A stretch of DNA of 54,405 nucleotides, filler included, from Sphacelaria rigidula (GCA_964200075.2; 5 parts of 5 records of this genome joined end to end with filler, not necessarily neighbours in it); one strand, 5' to 3'. Shown: positions 25,377 through 37,828, numbered from the whole stretch's first letter. Made by a program: numbers and translations. Notes: generated by a model from the letters alone, not told the origin.

Positions 25377-26595
25377 ACAGGCAAGTGTCACTCAACAGTA
25401 AACCCTAAAAAAACTACGAAAACATTCAAGTACTACTTTGGTTGCTTTGAAAGGCGAGTTGTGTATTTAGGTATCTGTCCGTTCACTAAAATAATCATCA
25501 GGTACATAGCGTAAACCTACGAAAGTCGTACCGTTTATCGAAGAACATAAACCGGCATATCATAAGTACGCCGACAAGGATAGCAAGCGTACAACGCTTT
25601 AAACCGGCGTTAGCTCGATATAGGCACCGCCGAGCGAGTTTATCGGTCTAGTGTGTTGTGTGCTCGTGTTGGTGGAAAGATTGTCAATTTACAGCGAGGA
25701 GTACCGCGAGCACTACATGTCCGACATACATATATATGTGCCATTCAGCACGAGGTTTTCGAGCGTCGCCAACACCTGCCGCCGAGCAGCGGCCAAGGGC
25801 AACAGGACAGCTGGCCTTGAATTCTCGAGGCTGCTGAAGGGGGGCACGCTGCGCTGGTATTCGTTGGACTATCGATATCTTCGTTGACCTCAAGTTAGCC
25901 TGCTGTGTGTCAAAAAGGGAACGGCTTGGGCTAAATAAGTTCGCAAACGAAGAGAAACACCACGTGTGAGTACCAGTATGTATGTCGGACGCAAGTAATT
26001 GGAAGCTGAATGGACGGAGATACGCCGGCGGAAGGGGCTTGAGTATGACCCCCCTTTCCTTTTGCTGCAAAGGCGGCCGTATCCTGGACAGCACGACTTG
26101 GCCCTCGAGAGCGTCATTTGAAACACAATCGATTTGAATCTACACCAAAAACCGCCACGAATCCCAAACTGGGCCAGTCTGGATTTTTCCGTGCAACGTT
26201 CTTTCCGAACAGAACAAACTGAGGTCGCAAACGAAGGGTTCAAACCAGCCTTCCTCATTTTCGCTTTCGAGTCTATCCATCATCATACCAAGCTCACTAC
26301 AAATTCGTTGTCCCTGTTGGTCGTACCCATTTCATGTCATACCTGAGGGTGACGTCGGAGAGTCAACTGACGAAGACGTCGGCTCTGTGGCTGCTCCTCC
26401 GGCGTTTGAAGCGGGGAAAGAGGGCGGGGCACCAGCGACGACACCAAGCGCGCGAAAGCCCGTGCGCGCCCATCAGAAAAACGAGCGATGTGTAACACAA
26501 ACAAGAATCAGGGCATCTTACCATACCCACGGCACTACCCCAAGAAAGGAAGAGGAGAAATGTGTGAGATAGGTAGGCGACGCTCGGAAACCTAT

Positions 26596-27815
26596 GGATG
26601 TGGATATTTAGCACGTGAATAAATGGTGTCGATACAAAAGCGCGGAGGGGTTCGAGGGCACGTAGCAACGCGCGGACAAGCGAGAACCAGACCGACGTCA
26701 CAAGCGAGAGGCTGCTACGTCGAGGGCTGCCAATCGGAAAATCCTGTCCTCTCATATCGGTTGATGATTATGTCCTTAGTCGGTGGCTCCGCGGTGCCCA
26801 CTGGTGTGTGTCTGTATATACTCTGCTGCCATGGATACCTTAGGCTCTTCTTTTTTCTTCTTTTTTTCTTCTCCTTTTTTTCCCCCCCCCATCGTCTCAT
26901 CGTCCTTTTCTTTATTTTTGCTTTGTACTTTCCTCTTGTTTTCCTTTTTCTTGCTTTAGGTCGGCCATTTCTTTCTGTGCTTTGCTTGTGGTGTCTTTTG
27001 ATTATTATTCTTTTCCACAACTTAGTCTGCTATGTCGTTTTGTTCGACCCCTCTTTTTTTCCTGTTCCTTTCTTTTTCTCATTTTCTCAGAGCGTGTTTG
27101 AGTTTCGTTTTTCTTGGGGCCAGTTAAATTGCGACAGTCAATCAATCAATCAAAACCACTGTGAAAACGGTGCGTCTCAAACGGAAGACCACACATAGTA
27201 CTTCGCCACTTTTTCTCTTCGTTTCAGTCCGGGCTCACCATAAGATTTGGTAGGCGACGGGCTGGGGCTTGTATTCGGGGAGGGTGTTGGGGCTTTTGTG
27301 TCACCTGATCAAGAACGGAGCGTTGATGGGGGTGAAGAGTGCCGGATGTGGAAATTTAGCATATGAATAAATAGTGTCGATTCAAACCACTGTGAAAACG
27401 GATCGTCTCAAACGGAAGACCACACATAGTACTTCGCCACTTTTTCTCTTCGTTGCAGTCCGGGCTCACCATAAGATTTGGTAGGCGACGGGCTGGGACT
27501 TGTATTCGGGAAGGGTGTTAGGGTTATTGTGTCACCTGATCAAGAACGGAGCGTTGATGGGGGTGAAGAGTGCCGGATGTGGAAATTTAGCACATGAATA
27601 AATAGTGTCGATTCAAACCACTGTGAAAACTGCGCATCTCAAATGGAAGACCACACATATCACTTCGCCACTTTTCTCTTCGTTGCAGTCCGGGCTTACC
27701 ATAAGGTTTTTCGACGACCATGGTAGGCGACGGGCTGGGACTTGTATTCGGGGAGGGGGTTGGGGCTACCGTGTCACCTGATCAAGAACGGAGCGTTGAT
27801 GAGGGTTGAGAGTGT
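26596..27815. repeat. Tandem triplication of a 231-bp unit, first unit interrupted by an RTE fragment
   Basis: Unit starts GGATGTGGA(A/T)ATTTAGCA at 26596, 27344 and 27575. AAACCACTGTGAAAAC...GGAAGACCACACAT is present three times. Confidence 0.9.
26634..27151 (+). mobile_element. RTE LINE 3' fragment, (CAAT)n-tail family
   Basis: Homologous to 6000-6200 (reverse complement) and 54085-54405, e.g. GTCCTTAGTCGGTGGCTCCGCGGTGCCCACTGGTGTGTG. Ends CAATCAATCAATCAA. Confidence 0.85.
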
Positions 27816-28693
27816 CATTCAAGCACTTGGCATAGTCTTTGGGCAACAATCGTATAAGAGTTCGAAGCCTCCTTTTCCTTTAGTCGATAACTGTTTTGTT
27901 TTCTGTCGAAATTGCCGCAAGCTCTTGTCTCTTCTAGAAATAATACCACTAATAACTACGAAGAATACGCTCAAGGAAACGAGAGAAATATCACCTTTGG
28001 CAGTTTTCTGCGCCTGTTCAGAGTGTCTCTGACTCGGTCCATAAAGTACTCTCTCTCTCTCTCTCTCTCTCTTTTCTCCATAGTTACAACCAAGGGTTCA
28101 GTGCACTTCCTCCGGCAAGGAGAAGTAACGTCTCTGCGACAATACTTCCATCCTTATGACCAAGTCCCAAGACCGGTACCCTACCATGTTCTTTGCCTTT
28201 GTCCGGATACTTTATTCAAAAGAACTGTCTGCCCCTTCCGCCATCTTCGAAAAAACCGGGTGGAGGGGGGCAGGAAAACACTACAAGCTTCAACGTGAAC
28301 CTCAACCGCTAGAAGCGCTCCCCTCGTCGTCCGCCTTGTTCCTCGTCTCTGCTCTGCGCTCTCCAAGGAGCCAAGACGTCCAGCTTCAGCACAAACTACT
28401 TCGAAGTAAGCTTGAACCCAGTGATTCAGAGTACCCCGAAGGAGATCCCGTAGAACATCAAACTGATTCACGGATACCCCACTTACCCGATATGCCAATT
28501 CGAACAGGGTTTCAACAAACAGCGGAATTTTCTGGCTGAGCCTCGGGAAAACTTGCCGATTCTCCTCCTCGTAGTTGCGCTGAACCAACACATAAGCCGT
28601 TGAAAGGCGGATCTCTTACGTAACTGCACCGAACAGGAAGACTTCGACGGACATATACAATGGAGTGATAGGATACCTATCAGGGCAGCTCAC

Positions 28694-28805
28694 CTTCGCA
28701 GAGGATGACTGGTTGTAACAACGCTGCCTCATTACCGCAACGGAATTTTGAGCACTCGACCCACTCCAAGGTGATGTCCGCGGGGTGCAGAGCGGGGTCG
28801 TAGGT
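28694..28805 (-). CDS. Internal exon of orphan single-pass membrane protein
   Basis: ATCACAG|...GAAG|GTGAGC, 112 nt, phase 0 in and phase 1 out. Peptide TYDPALHPADITLEWVECSKFRCGNEAALLQPVILCE. Confidence 0.8.
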
Positions 28806-29422
28806 CTGTGATATACGAATGCGCACAAGAGATAAACTCAAAGCCAGACAACAGAAGTCGTACTTTGCTGATCAACACGCGTCACATAACTCGCCACCTA
28901 CATCGGCCACGCAGCAGGAAAAATACGACCATTTTCGGACGGGTTTGATTGATTCTCCTGTGCTCCACCACAGTTTTCCTCTCTCAACAACGTTTTCGTG
29001 AGACTGAGAGTAGAGCGCGGATTGAGATTGGCTTTGATCATTCGCTTTAACTTGGCCAAATATTTATTCCGTGTGTGCAATTCTTTGCCTCGATCACTGC
29101 CGTGTGCTTACAGCTACACGTCGATATCCCACTCTGGGATTTTAAGGGCCTCAGTGGCAAGCTATTACAGAAAGCATATCGGGCATCGTGGAGGGGTAAT
29201 TTGGAACTGAAACGATCCATTCACTAATTGACCGCTTTTCACTCTCAATCGCATCCTCTACTCTCAATTTCACGAAAGCAGTGTTTCTCTTGGATGATCG
29301 TGGGGGAGACGAGAGCCTGAGCTGTGAGGCCACATAGCACGAGCGGGCAGCGTCTAACCCAGGCGCCACGAAGGCAGCTTTTGTGTAGGGCGTCAACCTC
29401 CATCATGCTGCACTTGGCTCAC

Positions 29423-29601
29423 CATGTACTGAAGGGTGTTGTCCCCGTTGTCGATATACCATTGAATGCCGTGTCGGTATATTTTAAAGATGTCGGTGCC
29501 GCCAAGCCTTTGGGCATAGTAGTCCCAGGTACTGCTGGGCGCATCCGTAAATGTTCCGTCCAGGTCACCGGCGCCAGAAACAGTGAGACTGGTGCAGGTA
29601 G
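29423..29601 (-). CDS. Internal exon of orphan single-pass membrane protein (extracellular beta-rich domain)
   Basis: CTACGCAG|...ATG|GTGAGC, phase 1 in and phase 0 out. Peptide TCTSLTVSGAGDLDGTFTDAPSSTWDYYAQRLGGTDIFKIYRHGIQWYIDNGDNTLQYM. Confidence 0.8.
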
Positions 29602-29859
29602 CTGCGTAGACGCCATGCGATGCAGTGGTGTTACGGTGTGCCACACGTCCGAGGAACTCATCATAAGCATAAGTTATGTTGACTCTTTGACCTCGACGGT
29701 TGGTCACATGCTGAATCGGCATCATCTTCCACTTGAAAAAGGTATGCATGATCCAGATGGACTGCCCTCGCGGTCTAGGGGTTAACCTTTTCCGGGGCTA
29801 CAAGTGTGATACACTGATCATAAAACTGACCATTCGACTGTTCGTTTTTCGAAAAGCCA

Positions 29860-29968
29860 GGGCTACTCAGCAACATTTGTAATAAACCGATCTTCCACAC
29901 ACGAACTTGTACAGAGGGCTACTCAGCAACACTTGCAACAAACCGATCTTCCACACCCGGAGTTGTAC
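29860..29968. repeat. Tandem duplication, ~56-bp unit
   Basis: AGGGCTACTCAGCAACA..AAACCGATCTTCCACAC..TTGTAC occurs twice. Confidence 0.85.
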
Positions 29969-30639
29969 TGCAATAAGACAACAGCTGTGGGCTACCTACT
30001 GCTGAAGTGCGGACACGTGTACACTGCTGCTGCTACTGCGCGGTTTCGTTTTACAATCTCCTACTGGCAAGGATGGCCGTTGATAACTTCTGAGAAAAAA
30101 AGGGAGAGCGCTAGTGAGGCCGAAGGCCTAACAATGGAGGGGACTGGGGAAGTGCACAAGTAGGCATGCATAGTGTAGGACCTTCAGAAAAAAATATCAT
30201 AAGCTTTGATATTCAGATCGCACTGGAAAATTGAGGGGTTGTGGGCTGATCAGCATCGAGAGAGAGGGCAGCGAGAGCTGCTGGTGAGAAAGTTTACGCC
30301 GAGCAACCCTTCGACAGGTCTATAACGAACGACCCCAGGCGGTCGCTGGCCCCCACGTCATAGCGCCGCGGTGTAAATAGCTCGAGCGGCGACACCTCTG
30401 CACTTTCCGGGGGGAAAGCGTAATTATTCTTGAAAGAAATCAGGGGATTAACGAAAGAACCACTACAAAGACAATGACTCCGAGGTGACTTTACAGTTCC
30501 ATACAGTGCGGCCGAGTAGAAAACTACCTAAAATGTAAAACAAATACCAATACCTTCCCTACACAACTCTGCCAGATCAACCGAACACCGTTTTCTCAAA
30601 GTCCTGAAAGAACTTATATATGGCACAGAAGGATTGACA

Positions 30640-30813
30640 TACCACTACCTGGCTGACCGAAGAGGCGGAAACAGTCGAGAGCCCAAGCAGACAAGTACGA
30701 AGGGACAGGTACACGTTGCCGCGAGCAAAACAATCGGAAGACATGCAAGACAGGAGTACGGGGCCACGGGAATACCACCGGAAGTAATACCGTGACTTGA
30801 ATCCTTGTCGCAT
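30640..30813 (-). CDS. Possible first coding exon of the membrane-protein gene (signal-peptide-like)
   Basis: MRQG...VYLSLRTCLLGLSTVSASSVSQ ends at GT donors in phase 0. It needs a phase-0/1 mini-exon; a candidate is KLSTAILA after the strong acceptor CTCTCCCTTTTTTTTCTCAG at ~30090. Tentative. Confidence 0.35.
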
Positions 30814-30949
30814 TTCTTCGTAGGACGTCTATTGCTGTACGTCGGACGTGAACGTCCTCGCGCCTCTCTCACATGGTGTCGGCTCGGAAGCATCATCTGC
30901 GAAGATAGAGCGAGAGTCGTTTGGAGCGTCAGTGCGAGCTAGTTGATGT

Positions 30950-30958
30950 CGTGTGTGC

Positions 30959-31013
<55 letters not shown>
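30950..31013. repeat. (GT)n microsatellite
   Basis: Direct reading. Confidence 0.95.
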
Positions 31014-31016
<3 letters not shown>

Positions 31017-32020
31017 AGCAAGGAATGCAGACAGAAACCGGCGTTATTCGGCACAATGCACAGCAAAGAGCCCAAGCCCCTCGACAAACTGGAGGGAAAC
31101 GAATGCGGCCTCCCAGGCGGAGAAAATCGAGGTGTGCAACGAGAATTCAGACGGCACCATTACCCTCGATACCACCAAGAGAGCAGGGGACGGGGCAAGA
31201 CTGAAGGTCAATAGGCTTCATTTAGGCGGTCGAGTTTGTTTTCTCTTTGTACGAACGACGGGGTGCACACGGACCCAGACCGGGAGAGAGTAAGCTCATA
31301 CCGTACCGGCCCGCTCTTGAGAAACCTGTCTACGAGAAAACCGGGCTGATATATTTTTTTAATTTTCAAGAAAGTGCTCCGGCTGCCACGAGTACCACAC
31401 TAATTTCTTCACGTTGGGGCGGTTGTTGGCTCTTACCTCACACAAGAAAGTCAGGCTGGACCCGATTTCTGGTTTTTCATGACCGGCTCGGTACTATCTG
31501 TATGCATATACTGTGCTGGAATACGGTGCAACACGAGGGAAGGAGATACGGGTGTTCCTGAAAGGGGTGTTAATTTGCAACCATCCTGGGAGGAACAAAA
31601 ACGAACAGGGAAGCTGATCCCCTCTCCCGGCATCCATCCCTGTACCATACGCAACATGCTAAAACAACGAACAACCCAACAAAGACGTGACCAGAAACAA
31701 TCACGGGAGGGAGAGGGCGTGAAACTATTTGCGCGAACAACCCCCCACGAGCCCCCCTGTCCTTGGTCGTATGTCTTGCGCACGCTTGGCATGGGGTTGG
31801 GATTGAACCGTCGTGCCCTTCGCGGGCGGACTCTTGTTGCGGTCCGTGTAAGGTGGGGATCGAGCGGTATGTATATCCCAGGTTTCTTTTTTTACTGTCG
31901 CGGTGGGGCGTACGCGCTCTAACGGGATAATGAATGAGATCCTTCAACTGGAACCTCATTGGGATGGGATAGGACCGATATGGTGCTGCTCCGGTCGGTC
32001 CGGAAACACCTGGAGCACGC

Positions 32021-32226
32021 TGTAATGCGTGGACCGCGTGCTTAGAGGACCGCATCTGAATTTTATCATCCCTATGGTTAGGATTAGGGTTAGGGTTAGT
32101 GTTAGGGTTATGGTCAGGGGCGTGTACTTGCAGGGACTGGCCTGATTGGTTTTGAAAAACGTCGATCCTGAGGTGTTTTGAACTACGGCGCGGTCCTCTA
32201 AGCACGCGGTCCTCTCACGCATTACA
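32021..32226. mobile_element. TG...CA MITE with 5-bp TSD carrying telomeric repeats (Ginger/TDD-like termini)
   Basis: TIR TGTAATGCGTG..GACCGCGTGCTTAGAGGACCGC / GCGGTCCTCTAAGCACGCGGTCCTCTCACGCATTACA. TSD CACGC at 32016-20 and 32227-31. About 7 GGTTAG-type units at 32076-32119. Confidence 0.85.
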
Positions 32227-32513
32227 CACGCCACGACACGGCAACAGGTGTGTGTGTAAAATCTGTCGGAACTAACCAATGGCATACGCATGGTGGGCGA
32301 TACCGCGGGAAACGCAACCGGAATAACCGGTGTTTCATAAGGAAGAGGGCCTGAGACAGGAAGCGCACCTCTGTCGGACGACACATACCCATACTATCAA
32401 GTTTCGTGCGTTCCACAAAAAATGGGGCGCGCGGAATAGGTGACCATGCAGAGTTCCAGATGATGTGCTGGAGCTTATGCTCACAGGATGTTTGGAGGAT
32501 ATCACTCTTCAGA

Positions 32514-32604
32514 GGACACTTTCTACGATAGCCCCCCCCCAAATCCAGCTAAAAGTGTCATGAAAAAACATGGCCATACAGCGCCTGATGTTCGGGTTCA
32601 GCCT
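32514..32604. repeat. Module B + C-run + inverted cassette X (truncated by contig end)
   Basis: GGACACTTTCTACGATAGCCCCCCCC followed by the reverse complement of 10707-10770. Confidence 0.75.
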
Positions 32605-32704
32605 NNNNNNNNNNNNNNNNNNNNNNNNNNNNNNNNNNNNNNNNNNNNTTAATTAATTAANNNNNNNNNNNNNNNNNNNNNNNNNNNNNNNNNNNNNNNN
32701 NNNN
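32605..32704. other. Artificial contig linker
   Basis: N44-TTAATTAATTAA-N44. Confidence 0.98.
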
Positions 32705-33188
32705 CCCCCCCCCCCCTCTCGCCCGTCCTCGGGAAGAGTTCGTCGTCTCAATGGGTCAAACCGTTTCTGTTTACACACTTGCCGTGCTCTCTACCCTTCA
32801 GCATTGGATCAGCACTTCCGCAGCATGTCGACTGTCACGGACGGTCTATTGGTTTACTTGTCGCGTTTTCAGGCGAAGTAAACCAGCAAAACGAGCCTGT
32901 GAATAGTAGCATCATCGAGTTCGAACTCACGGCATGAGCTACGACTAGCGCTCATCGGATTAGGTAAGGTGTTCGTGGCCGCGATATTTGGGGATTTGGG
33001 CCGTGTGATTGCTCCTACTTCGCGTTGCCATGGAGTAAGTATATGTATCGGAAAAGCTTCGCATGGATACCGTGCAACTCACAATTCTGCACCACTTCGA
33101 CATTGATCATTCCCACCAGAACTACCTGCACAACTGCAGACGCAAAAAAGGAGGATACTTTGACGGTCGCACTAATCCTAATGCGTAC

Positions 33189-34296
33189 CTACAGGTGGAG
33201 CGTTCTGGGTCGTAGGTGTTCATTTCGCAGTGCCAAACAGTAGGCAGAGCGTCTGCGTCCACGTAGTCCGGGAGCCGTCGCCACTTTTTGCACGAGTCGC
33301 ACTGCACCCACGCGTCGTTAGGGTTCTCCGCACCCGCCGCATCCGCGGGCACGTCAGCCTCTCCCACCCCGTCGTCCTGCTCATCAGAAGCGTCCTCTTC
33401 CTCCTCGCGATGACGACCCTGCTGACGCTGCCTTTGCTGGCTCTGCTTCTGATGGGTCTGAGTTTGATGCCTTTGTCTCTGGCTTTGGCTATGATGACTG
33501 TGGCTCTGATTTTCATGACCATGGCTCTGGTTCTGACTTTGGTTCTGATTCTTCCGGCCGCGAACCGGAACCACACCACCAGAATGTCCGGACCTGCCTC
33601 CGGCTCTCCCTAGCACCTTCTTTGTGCGCCCCGTCCGCCCCGCCCGGTCCTCACCAGCAGGAGCACGACCGTTGCCCCTATGACCATTGTCTTGATCCAA
33701 TTCGCTTCCATCCGACCTGTCCCTCGCATCGACGCCCAAGAGATTTTCCCGCCACACCGAGGTAGCAGCGGCCGCCGTTTTTCTCTGCTTGCGCTGCTTC
33801 GCCGAGTGACTCCCTTCGTTGCCGCTCCCACCGCCCCCTCTTGCTACGCCGCCGGCGCCGCTACTCCCACCGGCACGCCCACCGTCTTTCTTGTTCCCGC
33901 CGGTGCTGTTACTGTTGCTATGGCTGTTGCTATGGCTATTGCTATGGCTGTTACTGGGCTGATCGTCGTCTAAGCGTTCGGTCGGTACATCCACCTCGTA
34001 CCGTCGCTTAACTGCAAGCTTCGACTCTTTCGGGCGAGCACTGTCGGCGCTTCCGCCACCCCCGCCCCCTCCCTTCTTGGAGCCGCCCTTACGCGAGCCG
34101 CCTACTTTGCCTTCATTGCCACTGACACTGCCAGAGCCGCCGCTCTTTTTCTTTGAGCTACCACCGCTGGAATTTGTAGGGCTGGCTTTTTTTCTTGGGG
34201 GTGCCGCCACGACATCGCCACCAGTGGAGGCCGACGCAGGGTTCTCCTTGTGTTGCACCGCTTCCTCTTTGGCGGACATGCTTCTTTCTAAAGCAG
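33189..34296 (-). CDS. Exon of CW-type zinc-finger protein (low-complexity region + zf-CW)
   Basis: Open 1.1-kb frame ending WVQCDSCKKWRRLPDYVDADALPTVWHCEMNTYDPERSTC, a canonical zf-CW motif. Acceptor TTCACAG, donor AG|GTACGC. The gene probably continues beyond the contig edge. Confidence 0.9.
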
Positions 34297-34600
34297 CTGT
34301 GAATGCGGGGGGGTGGGAGCATCGTAGCAGGGAGATCGCGCATGGCGGGAGACAGGGCACAGCGTGACGGACGGAAGTAGCATTTTTTGCATTTTGGGAC
34401 AGGAGCTACAGCCAGGGCTAGGGTCGCTGCGAGATGTTATCCTACTGGGACGATTCATTCCGGTCGTTGCGTGTATTGCTCACCGTTGCGTTGTTTGATC
34501 GTCCGACTAGAAGTTGAATAAGAAGAGCACGTTAGAAGAGGAATGGGGTTTCAACGGTAAGTATTCAACATGTCCGATATTACAGCGTTAGTTCGCCTAC

Positions 34601-34915
34601 GGGGGGTGTACTCATGATCTTGCATACCGTAGCCACGAGGACAAGGATATTGACCTCGCATCCCTGCAAAGCCGGGACGGAGCACGCCGGGTTTCCGCCG
34701 GATCAGGCTCGCAATCAATCACCATGCGCGTCGCGCCGTGGTACTGCATGTTCGGCGAGTCGCATGAAGTGTGAGCTTCATCCTGCTAAGATTGTTCGGC
34801 CGGAAGCGTACTGAGCATCTTGCACGTGGATGACAGCCTGCAAAGCTTCATTTTCTGGTATCGCTACTTCCAGAGACAGCTACAGGTTCCACACCGCCTC
34901 ATGGGTATCTCGCCA
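34601..34915 (+). repeat. Dispersed repeat (G-run + module M + extension), intronic
   Basis: Aligns by eye with 15976-16280. Confidence 0.85.
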
Positions 34916-37488
34916 CCCTGCGTAGTATGATCATCCCCTTTGTGTGGAGTTGAGGTTCTCCACTCCGCATAATCTAGCTCGACCACCATCATGTTACCGC
35001 AAAAAAAACGCAAGCGGAAAAAATGGTAACATGGTTGCCCAGCTTATGCTGGAAGTGGCGTGTAATACAGCGCCGTTGCCACTCGACGCCAACCCTCAAA
35101 ATAAAAGCTCGCCAGGAGGGTGGCGGAGGGGCGGCGGGTACATCGAGGTACCGCAGCTCGAAAGACAAAAAAAAAAACGCACAGGCGTTCCGCTCGTCTG
35201 ATGACACAAGCTTCTGTTGTGATCATGGCAGAACGAACGGCGACTCCACCAAACGCCTCCTTGTCCTCTTGACAAGGGTGTGTCTTATACCTAAATATAA
35301 TTGCAGCGATCGAGAGGTGGATAGTTGAGGCACAATACAGGATACGTAGGTGGATACTTGGCATTACAAAACAGGCTCCCGTGGATTGGCCCAAAGCATG
35401 GACTCCCCCCCATTTCCCACCCTGCAAGCGACGTCGGCGCTATCGACACAGGTGAACTGTAGCACTATTCTACTGGTCAAGCTCGTTAAAGCTTGACACT
35501 GATCCAAAAATTGACATCTTGACATATTATTTAATGCTTTCTGGAGGCGTTTTGCTTGTGTTTTATTGGAGACGACGCTCTGCTGCAAGTGCGCTGTACA
35601 AAAATTCCGTCCGGCAAGTGGACTTCCCCCCCCCCCCCCCCTCCCATGAACGACAACAGTCTTATGACGACGGCATGCAAGATCATAGTGCACCACTACG
35701 AACGAAGGATCATGCCGAGTACATATGGGAGGCGCGGTACAATCGCAGCAAAAGACCAGACGCTGCTTTGACCAGTCGCACACACGAAATCACCACCGGT
35801 GCATTTACAACTAGTTGTACAGAAGGCTCGACGCGACCTTTGAATCGTCACCTTGACAAATTTAGCATCATGCGTCTTCGTTGCGACTCTCTCACAGATA
35901 TTCGAATGGTTGTATAGGGATACGCGAAGCAGCGTTGTTCATGACCTATAACATGACGGTGACTACCATAATAGGATGTACTGCGACCCCTGTTCGTTCC
36001 CCCAGACGAGCCATCCAGCTGACGGAACACGAGTGGCCACATGGTTCAGAATACGTGGATTGCTTGTTGGGTTGCTCGTTGCCTTTGGCTCGTATAGGAA
36101 GACTACGCAGTATTGCACACGCAAGGCAAACATATACACAAAAGTGTAAGCAATAGTCTTGGGTTCGCAGGTTGATAAGTGAAGGCCACGCTGTGGTGTA
36201 CTGTGGTGAGGTAACACGGACCACGCTGCCTGAGGGGGACGAGTGTCGTATAGCACGTATCTATATATACAGTTCATTTTCGCCGTGAGTGCTGCGAATA
36301 CTACTTCATCGCAGAGGGCCAGAAGCAGCCAATACGGGAGCGGTGTACTCGTAGCTACAATTACTGAATGCAGTAATTTGTCAGTATAACTCCAACTGGT
36401 TGACACAGCTTCCTGGTGCTGTGTCACCCGGAAATCGCCATGCGAACTGTGCGCTAGTGACGCAAGGTAAGCTGCCTACACTAGTGTGGAGCTCCGGTGA
36501 GGATGACCAGGCAGCACTACAACTGTACAGGCAATATGTAAAGCACAGCACGGAAGCACAGTGAGAGCACACCACAGTCAACAGACAGCAGTGCAGCTGT
36601 CATTGTATAACCGCAAGATTCACTCATTCACTCGCTCAGTGTATCGTGATGACTATATGTCGCTGTACTGTGTCGCACAGACAGTGCGTACTGCTGCCCT
36701 GTCCCATACGGTACTGCTTGAGAGGCAGGTTCGGATTCTGGATCACAGTACTCGTATGAATGGAGGTTGTCATTTTTTGCACAAGATACCTTTCGCACAG
36801 ACTGCACGTACACGACACACAACAGTACGGAGTAGCGCAGTACAGTATATATGATATATCACCGTAGCTTCTACTGTAAACTGAAAGAAGCCATGACATC
36901 GTAGACGCCCACCGTTGCCATTGCTTGGTACACCATTCTGCATCCGCGTATACAACGACAGTACAGTCCTCAACGAAGCGGTTGCAAACACGCATCCTTA
37001 TTGACAGATCGCAACAGCCGCTGCATACCGGCGGTCATCATCAGCGTATCCATGACCCCTTCTGAAAACATGGTATGAAAAATTGGTTGGGGAGATCGCG
37101 CAACGCCAAGCACTCTAGCGACTGCGCTCCACAAATACAAGGGGTGGCATCCCACCATGCAGTTCGCGCGGCCTCTCGCCCGGGTCTGATGATTAGAACG
37201 AAGTAGAGAGTCAACACAATACAGTATATATCGTACAACAAAGGCACCACTACGGCAGTGGCTTGGGTGCAGTACAGGGCTCAACAACAGTGAAGCTGAA
37301 AAGTACCGCTCAGTCACACCGCTATACAGTTACAGTAGTATGAGACTCGTACAGGACAAAAGAACAGTACAGGCAGTTTTGTCTAGCGTACACAGATATA
37401 TTGACCCGACGATTAAACACGGCACCAGCTTCGTGTGAAACAAATCGCCATGTGCTTCCCCTAAAACTGAATAACAACAAATACAAAC

Positions 37489-37828
37489 CTCTGATGTTTT
37501 TCTTTCGCTTGATCAAGTGCTGCGGCCGCTCGTCCTCGATATCGTCGTAAAACTTCTTTTCCGCGTTACGCTTCGGTCGCTGCATTGGCGGTAAAGGTGC
37601 GTGCGGGATCAAGGCCTGCTTACGGGGCCTCCCAGAGGACAGAGCACCTCGAGGCTGCGGCTCCAGAGGTTGTGACGGAGTAGGCGAGTCGGCATCCGGT
37701 CCCGTGATAGTACTGACGGTGTCCACGGTGGGCGCAGGTTGAGATTTGGGCGAGGACTTGCCGGGCTTTTTCTTGGATGGTGCCATGCCTTTGACGTCGT
37801 CGTTGCTGGGTAGAATCGATGTAACTGC
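37489..37828 (-). CDS. Upstream exon of the CW zinc-finger gene (candidate ATG at 37786)
   Basis: MAPSKKKPGKSSPK...RPKRNAEKKFYDDIEDERPQHLIKRKKNIR, then G|GTTTGT. The phase-1 donor fits the phase-1 acceptor at 34296. Basic NLS-like clusters are present. Confidence 0.75.

Noticed and set aside
26623-27198. 191-aa hydrophobic ORF resembling a membrane protein
   Set aside because: Translation of the T-rich RTE 3' UTR.
30921-31293. Cys/Val-rich ORFs
   Set aside because: Translations of the (GT)n microsatellite.
31570-32205. 211-aa ORF with NP repeats
   Set aside because: Starts inside the telomeric-repeat MITE; the NP run is translated (CCCTAA)n.
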